DNA of 61,604 nucleotides, filler included, from Globobulimina sp. (GCA_003354225.1; 22 parts of 22 records of this genome joined end to end with filler, not necessarily neighbours in it); one strand, 5' to 3'; positions 1 to 13,265 are shown, numbered from the whole stretch's first letter. Notes: generated from the letters alone by a model not told the origin. Made by a program: numbers and translations.

Positions 1-193
1 CGACCTCCTTTCGGTTCGTTCTAAATAGGCTCTGCCGTCGAGCCAAGGAGGGGTGGTTTTAATTGCCCTCGCTCTCGCTGTCAAGTTTAACGTGTGGCCT
101 ATGATATAGCGTTACAAACAATACCGCCTGTTTTCTCCTCCGTTTTGTATATTTCTTTTTCCACTATTATACTGCACTGTATACTGTTTTATT

Positions 194-2706
194 ATGAATG
201 TTTCACCGTCTATATCACCATTAATACCACCCATTGCTGCGACAAGAAGGAGCTCTAGTCAGATCGAAAATCCCGGAAAAATTGTGATCAAAAATATCAA
301 TAATACCACCATTTCCACTATTAATACTGATATCACTAATACTATTAATAACGACATACCAAATACCATACCAGAAGATGGAATGATACATCACGAAACG
401 AATATCCATAAATGCTTCTGTTTTGAAAACCGAAAATGCCAAAAATGCAAAAAATGTGAAATATGTAAAATTAAGAAGATGATGCCAACACGAATCCAAC
501 CAGAACGAAACGCCAAAACTAAGACAATCAAAGAAGGAAAATTGAAAGAAAATCCAGGATTGTATGAGGCCGAATTTGAGTATAAAGATAAGAATAAAAC
601 AAAACCAACCAATGTTACCGCAAAAGAACTAAGCAGTATCAAAAGAAAGCAAAAAATTGGAGAAAATCGAACTAATAACATCAAAATCCGAGCAAAAAAT
701 GTTAATTTTGATATTAAAACTGATGAATTATACACACCAAAACGACTAAGTATGAACTACTGCAACCCAAGCAGTAGCACGGTAGGCATAGAACCTGTAC
801 GTACAACAATACCAGACCAGATACAGGGACTTTATACCGAAGAAATGGATATTTTAAACCAAGCCGAAAATTTAATGAAAAAAACTGTGATACTGAAAGA
901 AAAATGGAATATAAACCGATCAAATGCTGAAATAACAAAGATAGTATGTACTGAATCCGATGAACCATCGGTAACAGTACGTACTGAGTTAGAATTAAAT
1001 TCCGAGCATGAACAAAGTCAGATTTCAAATATAAATACCGAAATACCAATATTACCGAGTTTAGTACATACAACCAAGGAACTTCCAGTAACAGTAAGTA
1101 CTGAGGCAAACCTAAATTCCGAGTATGTACTAAGTCAGAATTCAAATCTAAAAACCGAAATACCAATAATACCGAGTAGAGTACACTCTGAATCCGAAGA
1201 ACTTTCGGTATCAGTATGTATTGAGTTAGAACTAAATCCCGAGTATGTACAAAACCAAAATCCAAGTCCAAAAATATCGAATATACCGACTACTGTATGT
1301 ACAGAAAACTCCAAGAATATACCGAATATCAAATCACCATCCAATATTACCCAAAAATTAACTAAACTTATGTGTATAAATGCTATGACTGCTGTAAATG
1401 CTATTTATTGGGATATACATGTAGAATTTAAAACTGAAATTACAATAATACCCTCTATTACAAGTATACCATTAGTATATAACGAGTATATTCATGAAAT
1501 ATTCATTGAGGCAAACCTAAATTCCGAGTATGTACTAAGTCAGAATTCAAATCTAAAAACCGAAATACCAATAATACCGAGTAGAATACACTCTGAATCC
1601 GAAGAACTTTCGGTATCAGTATGTATAGAGTTAGAACTAAATCCCGAGTATGTACTAAACCAAAATCCAAGTCCAAAAATATCGAATATACCGACTACTG
1701 TATGTACAGAAAATTCCAAGAATATACCGAGTAGACCGAGACTAAAGAGAACACCAAACAAAATATGCAATGAAAACCAAGAAAAATGTACATATATGAA
1801 TACAATCAATAATACTGAGTATATATCAAGTATACCTATTACAGGTCATGTTGAGACAAATACCGAAAATACTGTGAATATACCCAATATACCGAAAATA
1901 ATTATTACAGAATTCACCGAAGTTGGAATACATATCGAAACCCAAACAGAAATTAGAAAATTTAATACAATCGAAACCCAAACGAACTTGTTTGACACTT
2001 TCGATATAGATACGTTAAATTCAAACATAATTCAATTGGCATTATTACAATATAATGATGCCTTGATTACTGTAAATGACATTTATTGTGGAGAAAGTTT
2101 GGAAAAATTGGAATATTCAAAGAGAGAGGAAAAGTTACGAATATTGGGAAACGACACAGGAATCGAAAAAGAACCGAAAGGAGGTCGAAAAGTACGAGTA
2201 AGTCCATTTTTTATGACTAAACGTGATAATAATACTGATACCATAAATGCTGATACCATAAATGCAGTATGTACGTCACCGATAACTGTCGGACCTGTAT
2301 GTAATAACGATGCTGCCGGTCCTGTATGTACTAATGATAATAATACTGATACTTATAATCATACCATAAATGCAGTATGTACGTCACCGATAACTGTCGG
2401 ACCTGTATGTACAAATGATGCGGCCGGTCCTGTATGTACTAATGATAATAATACTGTATATACTAATGATGATGATACGGATATTTATAATCATACCGAA
2501 AATGCAATATGTATGCCACCAATAAATGCCGGTCCTGTATGTACTAACGATACTATTACTGCAGTAAAAATAGAGAGAGATATAACAGAAAAACCGGAAA
2601 ATTATGTATTATATGTGTTTGAATGCCCAATGTTATGCAGTAGACCGCTAGTGCATAATGAATATACGCATAAAACCTATATAAATCAATATAATGTCAA
2701 CAACCT
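194..2706 (+). CDS. Large intronless repeat-containing hypothetical protein, 3' truncated (possibly transposon-derived)
   Basis: About 837 open codons. Has a Cys cluster (HKCFCFENRKCQKCKKCEICK), 39-40 aa repeats and 36 aa GPVCTND repeats. No recognisable catalytic motif. Confidence 0.55.
941..1731 (+). repeat. Intragenic ~120-bp diverged tandem repeats plus a near-identical ~225-bp duplication
   Basis: About 1102-1325 and 1507-1730 both encode EANLNSEYVLSQNSNLKTEIPIIPSR...VCTENSKNIP. Older ~40-codon units start near 941, 1061 and 1178. Confidence 0.9.
2225..2553 (+). repeat. Intragenic 108-bp-period repeat
   Basis: accataaatgcagtatgtacgtcaccgataactgtcggacctgtatgta occurs at ~2255 and ~2363, with a third degenerate unit following (TINAVCTSPITVGPVCxNDAAGPVCTND). 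Confidence 0.9.
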
Positions 2707-2806
2707 NNNNNNNNNNNNNNNNNNNNNNNNNNNNNNNNNNNNNNNNNNNNTTAATTAATTAANNNNNNNNNNNNNNNNNNNNNNNNNNNNNNNNNNNNNN
2801 NNNNNN
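2707..2806. other. Artificial contig spacer (first of 21)
   Basis: 44 N + TTAATTAATTAA (stops in all six frames) + 44 N. It recurs at 5513, 8319, 11125, 13931, 16737, 19543, 22349, 25154, 27959, 30764, 33569, 36374, 39178, 41982, 44786, 47590, 50393, 53196, 55999 and 58802. Contigs shrink monotonically from 2706 to 2703 bp. Confidence 0.99.
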
Positions 2807-3135
2807 TACGCAAAATCAGCAAACTATCGAGTAGTTTGGAAGGAATGGCTTTTTTGACGTTTTAAAGAAATTGGACTTTTAACGGTTTTGAAGCTTTTTG
2901 AGAAATCAAGATATTTACAAAAAAAAAGGGTAGATGGTATCGAAAATGGTAATACTATATAAGGCAAATATCCATAGTTAATTGACAAATCCCGCAAAAC
3001 CTAGGATTTCCGATGATAAATTTCTAAACCATATAGGAAACATAATACCATATGCAAGGGAATACCATAATACAGACAATAAAATACCAAAATTTAATTA
3101 TTTCCCTTAAAAACTTTTTAGTTCAGCCTAGCAAC

Positions 3136-4446
3136 ATGCTGTCTCATGAATCAAGTGAAAATATCACATCATGTCATAAATATAACAAATCCTCATCAAT
3201 ATTAATGCCACGACCATCGTCTATTCCAACAACAGGAGACACACAAACAACTTTATCTATTATCTCTAAGCGTAGATCAAGAAAGAGGGCTTTATCATCT
3301 CGAGGCTATAAAAAAACCAAAATAATCTCACCAACACTGCAAGGCTACGTATTCATTGCAGAGAAAACAAATTCGCATCCACAGTCACTGCTTGTTGATG
3401 GCTACATTGCTGAAATGCTATGCGATACAATAAACCCCATCATTATAAATAACATTTGCTTTAATTAGCTGACCGCGCCTGAGGTCGTAATAAAAACAGC
3501 AAATAAAACATTGCATGGAATGAATGAAGACATTGTTAAAGAATCCAAATTAATGGCCATGTTTATGCAAAATAAGCCGCCTTTATCATTGATAAAATAT
3601 TATGACTTCTTTGAAGATGAAAACAATTATTTTTTGGTTATGGAACGAGGCGGTCAGGGTTTATTTGAATTTGTTGTTGAATGCCATCAATATATAAACG
3701 ATGGAATATTATCCTTAAAAGAATGGAAGAAGGCGGTTCGTTTTATATTTGTGAAGATGTTAAAAGTGATTAATTGGATGCATAATGTGGTACGTTGTTG
3801 TAATTTGGATGTATCGTTGGAGAATATCGTAATGACAAAAGATACATTTTTCGATCGGAAAACTGGTAAAATCAATAATTTAGATATACGACTCATTGAT
3901 TTTGGATTAACGGAGAGATTTAACAAAGAAAATGCGGATTTTATTTGTAATAAATTTGTAGGTAAATTAGGATATAAATCACCGGAGATCTTCAAATTAG
4001 AAAGGTTTTGTGCCAATAAATCAGATATTTATTCATTAGGAATATGTCTGTTTATGATGAGTATCGGAGCACCGCCATATAATAAACCATGTAAAAGCGA
4101 TGCTGCGTTTCAAGTTTTAATGGATAAGAAAATGGTTTTGTTGTTGAAGGGTTGGAACAGATTGCAATATATTGGAAAGAGTCAATATGGTATGTGCCGA
4201 TTTACTTATTTTGCTCATTTTGTTTATTTATTTATTGATGTTTATACAGATTTATTAATGAAGATGTTGTGTTTTGATGAGAATAAAAGAATTTCAATGG
4301 AGGATATAATGAAACATCGATGGATCAGATCATATTTTATGAAAACGAAATTAAATGATATGGTAAAAAAACCGTCAATTGTAGAATCTGAAACTTTTGA
4401 GATTATAAATGATGATAATTGTGCTAACATGCCTGATAATCAGTAA
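3136..4446 (+). CDS. Ser/Thr protein kinase (CAMK-like), spliced
   Basis: Motifs TLQGYV, VVIK, NLDVSLEN, IDFG, GKLGYKSPE, DIYSLG. Probable introns at ~3394-3468 (weak donor; the acceptor TAG is the apparent stop) and 4190-4249 (GTATGT...ACAG, 60 bp, in frame). Confidence 0.9.
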
Positions 4447-4752
4447 ATATAAGATTTATTTGGATAGCTAATTAGATTGAAAATAACATATTTTATTTTT
4501 GTTTGTTTTGTCTTTACATATATGTTGTTTCTATTTTTAGCTGTAGTGTTTGTGAGCGCTTATTTTTTTCAATCGCGTGTGAATTGTTTTGTTTATTCGA
4601 CTTGTAATAGTTGCCAATTAAGAGCTAGATGAAGCCAAGAATGCAATTCAAACTTATCTTTGTAATATATTTGATTGCAATAATAAAAACAAATTTGAAC
4701 TCATGCAAGTAAGGTCTTATTGTCATGCAAATTGAAGTGTGTCAGTATGTGT

Positions 4753-5512
4753 TTAATCTTCATCCGATTCGGATCCACTCTCATACTCATCCTCACTCAT
4801 ACTCGACGACCCATCCTCGACATCCTGTTCGATCAACGGATCAAATCCTGTGGTTAAATCATGCATAGCCATTAATTTTGGAATATCCTTTTTCGGCTTT
4901 CTCAACACTTTCACCTTCTCAATCAAACAGATCTTTAATGGGAAGGTCAACTGACACGATTTACGAATGTCAGTACCAATGGAAGACGTACTTAATTTCG
5001 CGACCACTCCTTGTAAATCTGCAGAGGACACATGATTACGGATAATATCTCTCATCCGAGCTCGAATAATCCGCATCTATTAATATCAAAAACGTGTACA
5101 AAATATATGCGAGAATGCGTATTGGATATAATAATTAGTCAGCATACCTGCGATGTTTTGGCATAACAATTCTTTTTAATTTGCGTTGATTGCCGCTTTG
5201 TAAATGCCAATGCTTTGATTCTCAACACATAGCCATCCGTAGTCTTGGCATCGCAAAAAGTTTCAATCATACTATGCCATTTCCGTATCAATGAACATCT
5301 CTTATCGCGGGTTATTTGCATGCCATGCCATTGCGTTAATATTTTGTCACCAAAAGTCTCCTCGGTGATGAATTTAAATTTTTTCCAATTTAAGTCATCG
5401 TGCGCATTTTTCTTCTCTTCGTTTTGTAAATCACCTAAATTGATGACAAAGGAACGATTTTCCAATGATTTACGTGATTTAGCTTTATTTGCGGGCGTAT
5501 AGCCAACACGCC
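4753..5512 (-). CDS. RPS3A: 40S ribosomal protein S3a (eS1), 5' truncated
   Basis: Motifs LGDLQ, KFKFI, HGMQITRDK, KTTDGYVLR, CYAKTSQ, KVKVLRKPK. Intron 5077-5147 (GTATGC...ATAG) joins the two ORFs in frame. Confidence 0.95.
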
Positions 5513-5612
5513 NNNNNNNNNNNNNNNNNNNNNNNNNNNNNNNNNNNNNNNNNNNNTTAATTAATTAANNNNNNNNNNNNNNNNNNNNNNNNNNNNNNNN
5601 NNNNNNNNNNNN

Positions 5613-6202
5613 ATTTAAATAGCTTTAATTCGGGGGTATCAATAACTTGCAATGAAAATGATCATTGTACCAGATTATGCGATGCATCGGGAGCTTGTAA
5701 CGATGTGTCATTATATTGTTATGGAACATGTTTTGTTGAATGTAATCAAGGTACAGGATGTCCAAAACGATGGACTGCAAATCCGACAACAAATCCGACA
5801 ACAGATCCAACTGCAAAACCAACTGCAAAACCAACTGCAAATCCAACGTTAAATCTTACAACAAAGCAAACAGGTAATTATAATGTACATATATTATTGA
5901 TACACATATTAAATGTTATTGTTTTTAACAAAGTGAATACAAAAACGATCACAATCATAGCGGTTGCAGTGTGTGCATTTCTTGGCACAACAATTTGTGT
6001 ATTTCTTTACATGAATAAAAGGCGAAATGCAAAACCGTTAAATGATGTGGAATTCGAAGCGGTGGAAGGAGAGGAATGTGTGGAAGTGACTCAACAAAAT
6101 GAAGAAAATGTAAATTTGAATGAACAAGGGATTGGAATGGAGAGTGGCACTTTAACAGAATTACCAACGTCCGCATCAATACAAATGATAACATCTCAAT
6201 AA
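5613..6202 (+). CDS. Type I membrane protein with Cys-rich ectodomain and PT-repeat stalk, 5' truncated
   Basis: Frame open from the contig start (ITCNENDHCTRLCDASGAC...). PTTNPTTDPTAKPT stalk, TM IIAVAVCAFLGTTICVFLY followed by KRR. Probable intron at ~5873-5932. Confidence 0.7.
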
Positions 6203-6386
6203 TACATAATCATATTACCCTTAATACATAATGATATATCAAATGATAACTTAATTATAATGATATTACCCTTTTTTATTTATCCAAAAGCCGTAAAACT
6301 TAAATCCATGAAAAGTACTAAAAAATGAATATTTATGCGAGATTTGCATGTAAAATTGTTGAATAAGATTCTTGTAAGCTTTGATC

Positions 6387-8318
6387 ATGGCAAACAACTT
6401 AATCCAAGGCTATTGCCGTGAAAATACACGAAGATATATCGCAGTTGATATTATGCGATTATTTATTCTATATTATAAAATTGGTGAACAGTTTGGCACA
6501 GAATATGTTGCCGAGTGTTTAAAAATTAGTGGCCATTGTAATAATATTTGTAACTGTGTTGGTAAAACCTTTGGAAGTGCTTTTGGTACAAATATTATCA
6601 AATATATCCCTGGAACTCAGTCAACTCACCATTGGAAATTTTTGATTTTAATGTAATTGTTATCATAGTTTCTTGACTCATCTATAGATCTTTAAATGTA
6701 TAGCAGATCACACATAAAATGTGAAAACGATACACATTAAAATCAATTAAACAATTCAGTGATGATTTTAATGATGAAGAGGTCACTAAATTTAATAGAC
6801 TAAGTTGTGAGAATTGGGATGTAATGATTGGAATTATTAAAGATAATGATGATAATTTAATGAATATAAAAAATTCAATGTTTACAACCACACCAAATGA
6901 GGGTTATGCATTTATTGCAAATATCGGCTGTTCCACCTCATCCAAGCAAATATTTAATATTTATGGCGACGCATTGAGTACAAAAGGACAACATATCATT
7001 GATATGTTTTTGGATTTTAATACAGAAACAGCAGATTTGTTATATTTTATAAATGGGAGAGCTTTCCCTCCAATGAAGAGACTCATGTATTCCAATTGTG
7101 GTGATATAAAATATAGAATGGCGATATCATTGTCATCGCAACATTATACAATAAAAATATTACAATATAACAATTCATCTGAATTTAAAAAAGGTAAACA
7201 AATAATATCACATATTGGATATGCAGAATGTGTCTCGAATATTGCTACAAAACTGAGACATTTACAAATTGCAATGAGTAATGTTTCAACGCATTCATAC
7301 ATTCATCGACTTTATATTAAAACATTAATGCTGGGGAAAAAACACATTAATTTGGCATATATTCATGCAATGAAATGTAATTTCCGTATTAATGCAGACG
7401 ATGACGATATAGTATTTATTCGTAGTTTATTTGCTATTGCATTTAGAATGTATGCTGAGCGAAATTATAGGAAAGCAATAAATATTTACACGATGCTTGA
7501 TACTGAATTGGTGATTAAATATAACTGGATATGGAAAGTAGCCATAAGTTTTCATAAATTGCATTCATATGAAAATGCTCTTAAATTTTATAAATTGTTT
7601 TTAAACTCAGCTGATAAAAAAGATAAGAAACATATTGCGGATTGTTTGGCAAACATGGCATTGTTATATGACTATAAAAATTCTACGCAGACCACATCGC
7701 AGAATATTGACCAAGCGATTGTTGCAACAACAAAAGCATTGGAATATAATCCAAAGGATTCAGTGGCTTTAAATAATTTGGGATATTTTTATTTGGTGAA
7801 AAGAGAATATGAACAAAGTTACAAATATTTAACAAAATCTATTCAAATTGACCCAAATACGTCATTAGTTAATGGTAATATGGCCAATTTACTGTACGGA
7901 ATGAATAAAATTGACGAATCTATTCCATATTTTGTTAAATATTTATCGATTGAGGCGGATTTAGTGCATCCGGAAGTTGGTCCGCGTTGTCTTCATAATT
8001 ATGCCAATGCTTTATATATAAAACAAAGATTTAGACAAAGTATTAGAACTTGCAAAAAAATAATGAATAGAAAAGATTTTAAAGAAAAGTTCGAAATTGC
8101 AATAATATATATATGCTGGTAAGCGATAATTATAATAAATTATATGATTATAGCAATGCACTGAGATATGCGCGCAAAGCACAATCAACAAAACCAAATA
8201 TGGCGATTTATAGGCATCGAGTTAAAAAATTACAATATAAATTGTATGGTCACGGTTATCATCACAAAAAAAAGAGAAAACAAAAAAAGCAGAGCAAAAA
8301 AACAAAAAAAAATAGCAT
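6387..8318 (+). CDS. Box-motif + SPRY-like + TPR protein with a frameshift near the 3' end
   Basis: N-terminal LIQGYCR...DIMRLFILYY, SPRY-like strands (HHWKFLI, MIGII, IDMFLDF, YRMAISL) and several TPRs (ALNNLGYFYLVKREYEQSYKYLTKSIQIDP). Probable intron 6653-6759. Frame change in the (AT)n run at ~8105-8114. Confidence 0.75.
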
Positions 8319-8419
8319 NNNNNNNNNNNNNNNNNNNNNNNNNNNNNNNNNNNNNNNNNNNNTTAATTAATTAANNNNNNNNNNNNNNNNNNNNNNNNNN
8401 NNNNNNNNNNNNNNNNNNA

Positions 8420-11124
8420 TTATTACGGCCTGGGCCGGCATGGAAAAGTTGTTTAATTAATTGCAATTTCATTAAATTGTTAAATATATTCCACAATATA
8501 TTATATTTACAATGTAATCAAAATAAGCAGTTTAGTTCCACCATACGCATCATTCGAGAATCTGTCATCAATTTATACTCATTGACTGGACACATATTCG
8601 ATACGCCATACAATAACAACGAAGCGCCATTGCACGAAGAAGAAAATAAGCGAGAGTCCAAAGTGAGATTCAAAATAGATACAAACAGCCGATTAAAAGG
8701 AATGGATTTAGTCTTAAACAGGATACCCTTTGTAAAGAATTGTTTACTTTGTTTGAATAAATATATGCTACAATTAATGAACCATAATAATATTAATAAC
8801 GTCGATAATATGGATAGCGAGTTAATAATTGATATTTGTAGAATGTTTAAAACGTTATGCAATAATTTCCGCTATGAATTGTTGATTGAAATCAATGAAT
8901 TCGGCGTACACAATCACAATAAATATAACTTCTTCAGTGGTATAGCTGATTTTGGTGAGCTATTAATCGCAAACTTATGTGATTCAAATGTTTGGAGTAA
9001 TGAAGGAATTGATATCTTATTACAAGCCATTGTGACTATAATCCATTGCTATGAAATACGGAAACATAATTTAAAGAAACAATCGTTTTCCATACTATCC
9101 ATATTCACGAAGATGACGCAATTTATTTTCATAAAATTTGTGGAGAAGATGTTGTCCAACGCAGTGCTCGAAATACAGAGAGAAGAGAAAGAAATAGAAC
9201 GAGAGGCGCAATTTACTGACGACGACTATTTAAATGAGCGGTTATTAAGCATTGCTATGATTGGTAGGATTAACAGTGATAACATTTTACCATATTTATC
9301 TGGTAAAATCATGCAAATCATCTCCGAAATAAAGAAGTTCAAAATAAATATGAACAATAATAATAATGTAATACCCAATAAACAGCGCATAAATCTGTCC
9401 ATAATGCATGAGAAATTATTTTGGTTGTTTCAATTTTTAGGCTATACTTTGTGTGATGATCCATCCAAGGAACAGACAAAAATACCAAATATATTAATGA
9501 GTCGCGAGAAGGAGAAAGAGACTGAGAATAATATCTTAGTTAAATCTATTTATCCCTTATTCGAGTGGATCTCGTTTGAGAATCAATGCATTTTAAGTGG
9601 GGAACATCAGTTATTATTATCACCATTTTTGGCCAAAACCGTGATATCAATGTTATTGAGGTGGTCGTCGTCATATTTAATGCCCAATGTCGCCTATTAT
9701 GAGCATATTAGTTTAGGATTGTTGAAGTCATTCGGCAGTGAAGGTATGGACGGGATTAAAACCTTAGATATGATTATCTATAAATGTTACATCAATATAT
9801 TTAAATGGCGAGAGGAGCCACAACAAGTCGTATATTACACATGTTTGATGTTAGAATCGTTCACCAAACACAGTTCGATTATGAATGCAATTTGTAAATC
9901 ACAATCATTTAACACTTATATTTTAAATAAATATTATGATAATAGCTTAGATTTAGCCTCATTACGGCCGCATAATTTGATATCGATATTTATAAAAATA
10001 ATATTACATTCGGTGATTGCCGGACAAGAAGAGGTAAAAAATAAATCAATATCCTTTAACAAGATCTGTATGCCAGTTTATAATGAATTTATTCGTAATT
10101 GCGAGCCATTTAAGAGTGCGCAAACACATTTTGTGACCAGTGAACAGTTGAATAGTTTAGAAATATCAATATATAAATTACATGGCATAAGTCAAACATT
10201 TTCACATTTTACCTTTGATTTTATGTTTAAAAAAGAAATATTACACATTTTAATCAGAATTATCTGTAAATTTAGCAGTAATTGTATTGACCATCAAATT
10301 GTGTTAGTTATATTCAAAATATTTGCCGATATCGCCGAGAATTCATTGTTTGATTTAGATAATAAACAAAGTAAAGAATTCTTAAAATTATGTGTTAAAT
10401 TGATTGAACAGTTTGAATATCATAATTTGGAAAGAATTAAACAAATAAATCATGAGTTTGTTGCTGCAAATACAAAGGAGAAATATGAAGAGATGCAAAT
10501 TAATGAAATTATGGTCATACTAAAATTATTGGAATATATGTCGACAAAGGATTTGATTGACATATCGCAAATTGATGCAACCGAACCGTTATTGTGTGGA
10601 CAATGTATATTCAAATCCTTTTATTATTTAACACCGCATATAACCACAAGCTTACTGCAGTATGATTTTGTATGCAATCGATTTTACGAAGTATTATCTA
10701 TTTGCATTCGTGGCTTTACCTCGACATTTGCCAATAAACTGAATAATGAACAGAGAAATACAATTTTAGGCAATAAGATATTGCAATCTCTGTCATGCGC
10801 AAAGTATGAAATTATGGAATATGGCTTGGAAATTATTGAATGTTTTGCCGAATATCATTTGGATAATTTATCCTCTTCTCCGTTTTTAATATATTTGCAA
10901 CAATCCGTGCATAAATTGTTTATGTTATTAATTGATATACAAACACCGAAATTATTATATCCAAAGTTATGTGAAACCCTGTTACCGGTTTTAATATCTA
11001 TTGGCAAAGACAAAACATTTCAATATTTATCACAATTTATAAATAATATTTGTAAAAATGGACAGCAACAACAACAAAAATTAGCCAATAAGTTTACAAT
11101 TTTGATTGAAAAAATTAATCAGTT
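8420..11124 (+). CDS. XPO4: Exportin-4-like karyopherin-beta, truncated at both ends
   Basis: Helical HEAT-type protein with XPO4-like segments: LRPGPAWK, SIAMIGR, HEKLFWLFQFLGYTLCDD..E..KIP, LSPFLA, LLRWSSSYLM, STKDLIDIS. Confidence 0.75.
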
Positions 11125-11224
11125 NNNNNNNNNNNNNNNNNNNNNNNNNNNNNNNNNNNNNNNNNNNNTTAATTAATTAANNNNNNNNNNNNNNNNNNNN
11201 NNNNNNNNNNNNNNNNNNNNNNNN

Positions 11225-13265
11225 CCAATTGTGAGCATACAACTCCTCCACATTGGGATTATCCACAGTATTATCTCCGATATACCCTCGATCCATAAAA
11301 ATATTCACTCCACGCACCCCCACAGAACGAGACTGCTTTCTTTTTAAATGAACATTAGTTTGCGATTTGCCGTCGCCATGAATAGCCAGTATAGGTTGAT
11401 AGACATAGTTTGCTCGAAAGTCTCTATATCGCCGCGGCGGCAAAACCACAGGAAATTCATAACCGACCTCCAGCTCGCTCATATTTGATACTTTGACGCC
11501 AGCTTCTTTCCGTAGTATAATGTTTCTAAAGTTTGTGTAATTTGCATCGGTTCGCAACAAATTCAACGCATTTTCGGAACATTTTTGCCGAGATTCAGCC
11601 TTCGATCGGCCTTCACCGACAGCGATGGTACGATTGTTGATTACAAATTTATTCTGAAACACGCCATTTTTGTAATACTGGTTGTCGTACCAACCAAAAT
11701 TTGTTTGTTTGCTAACTTGCATCACTTCCATCAAAAAGGAAGCTGCAGTTTTGTTACAAAGTTTTTTTTCTTTTTTGGATTGGTTGATGACAAAATCGAC
11801 GCCGTAATAAAAATTACTGTCTTTACCTGTCAGCGAGCCGTTATTCAGTCCATCATCACTGTAAAAACCATAATCTTTGGCACCAATTTTCGCGCCAATT
11901 TTGTAATCGAAGTTGGTTAATATCGGGAGCAAGAAATAATTTTTTGGATTGTTTTCGCGTTTGGGCCAAGTTTTTAATTTCTCAGTATATTGCCGGGAAG
12001 CACAGTGCTCAAAATCTAGATATTGTTGTTGGGTTTGACTGTGGCCAAAAGTGGGTAATACCGGTGGCAGTGCAGGCGGACCCTTCGCTTTGTAGCCGTT
12101 GTTATATTTCAATTTTATTCCAAATGATTGCTGCTGTGATGGTGGCGGTGGCGGACTGCTCAGATATTGAAGATCTGTGAATTTTGGATCTGCGGAAAGG
12201 TAATCCATTGAGGAGCGGTTTTCGGAAACGGTATTATTGTCAGGTTTGGCGCCGAAAGAAAAATCAAACACTGGCAATAATTGCCATTGCATTTTCTGTT
12301 GTTGTGGATTATGTATATTTGGACTTTTCATTTCAAAGTTGAAATTTGGTTTTGGTTTTGGTTTTGGTTTTGGAGGGGAAGAGGACTGGTTATTAGTGAC
12401 TGGATTGTAGCTTTGAGGGAAATACGTATTATCACTCTCTGATGACGGAGCCTGTTGATTTGGTGGGAGTGTGATGGGTGTGATGGGTGGTACTGGTTCG
12501 TAGTGTAGTTCTTCGGATACTATTTGCTCACTAGATTTTGAATTGGAATTGGATGTGACTGAGGTGCTTGGACTTGGAGTTGGAGTGAAGGGACGAGGCA
12601 GTGGCTGTCATTTTGATTTAAAGCGTGTCTAGAAGTTTTTCAGTGAGGTCAGTGAAAATGTACTTAACTTTGTCGGATTTACGCAGAATAGTTTTGTTTT
12701 TAATGTTATTTTGTTGTTTACATTTTTTGCTGTCTCTGGTTTCTCTTTCTTTTCTTATTTGTTTTGTGTCTTTCTTAAAACGGTTTGTTTTATGTGACAA
12801 TGTATATGGAAAATAATCGTCATTTCCACTGTCTTCATCCGCATCATTGTCTGAATAGGCGTAGTGAGCTCGAGATTGGTCATTGTGTTTGCAATTTGCA
12901 ATTGTATCATATGTATTATTTTCAGCATTAGAAATATATGTATTGTTATTGTTTTTTATCGACTGGCATTCGTACGACACATATTTAAATTTATTTATCA
13001 TGGCATGTCTAATTGTTGTCAATTGCTGTTGATTATCACTTTGGATCCGCAGTACAGATCGATTCCATGATTTAACGTTCATTAATTCCATGTTTATTCC
13101 ATCGGGCAGCCCTTCAAAACATGCCAAAAGAGCATAATCCATTGGAGGCATGCATCTAAATGCTATGGGAACGTTTTGTTGATACACAGAACAAATTAAT
13201 GCATCTGATGTTTGATTGGATCCAATGGGAAAGGTATGTATTGTATCCACAGAGTGCATGTTCAT
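11225..13265 (-). CDS. dsRNA-binding-motif protein with Pro-rich linker and putative RNase H-like domain, 3' truncated
   Basis: DSRM at ~11555-11755 (AASFLMEVMQ...F...VINNRTIAVGEGRSKAESRQKCSENALNLL). The frame stays open upstream to ~12605. A phase-0 intron 12605-12668 (GTTAAG...ACAG) joins ORF 12618-13265. Confidence 0.65.

Noticed and set aside
1-60. HDV-like ribozyme at the start of contig 1 (acc-tcctttc-ggt resembles P3/L3)
   Set aside because: The GG needed for P1.1 and the catalytic C in J4/2 are absent, and the 5' strands lie outside the contig.
941-2553. Spaced repeats as a possible CRISPR array
   Set aside because: Units are long, in frame and degenerate, with no unique spacers and no cas genes.
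2751-2762. TTAATTAATTAA recurring at a regular ~2.8-kb period
   Set aside because: Synthetic six-frame stop linker inside N runs, not a biological repeat or CRISPR array.
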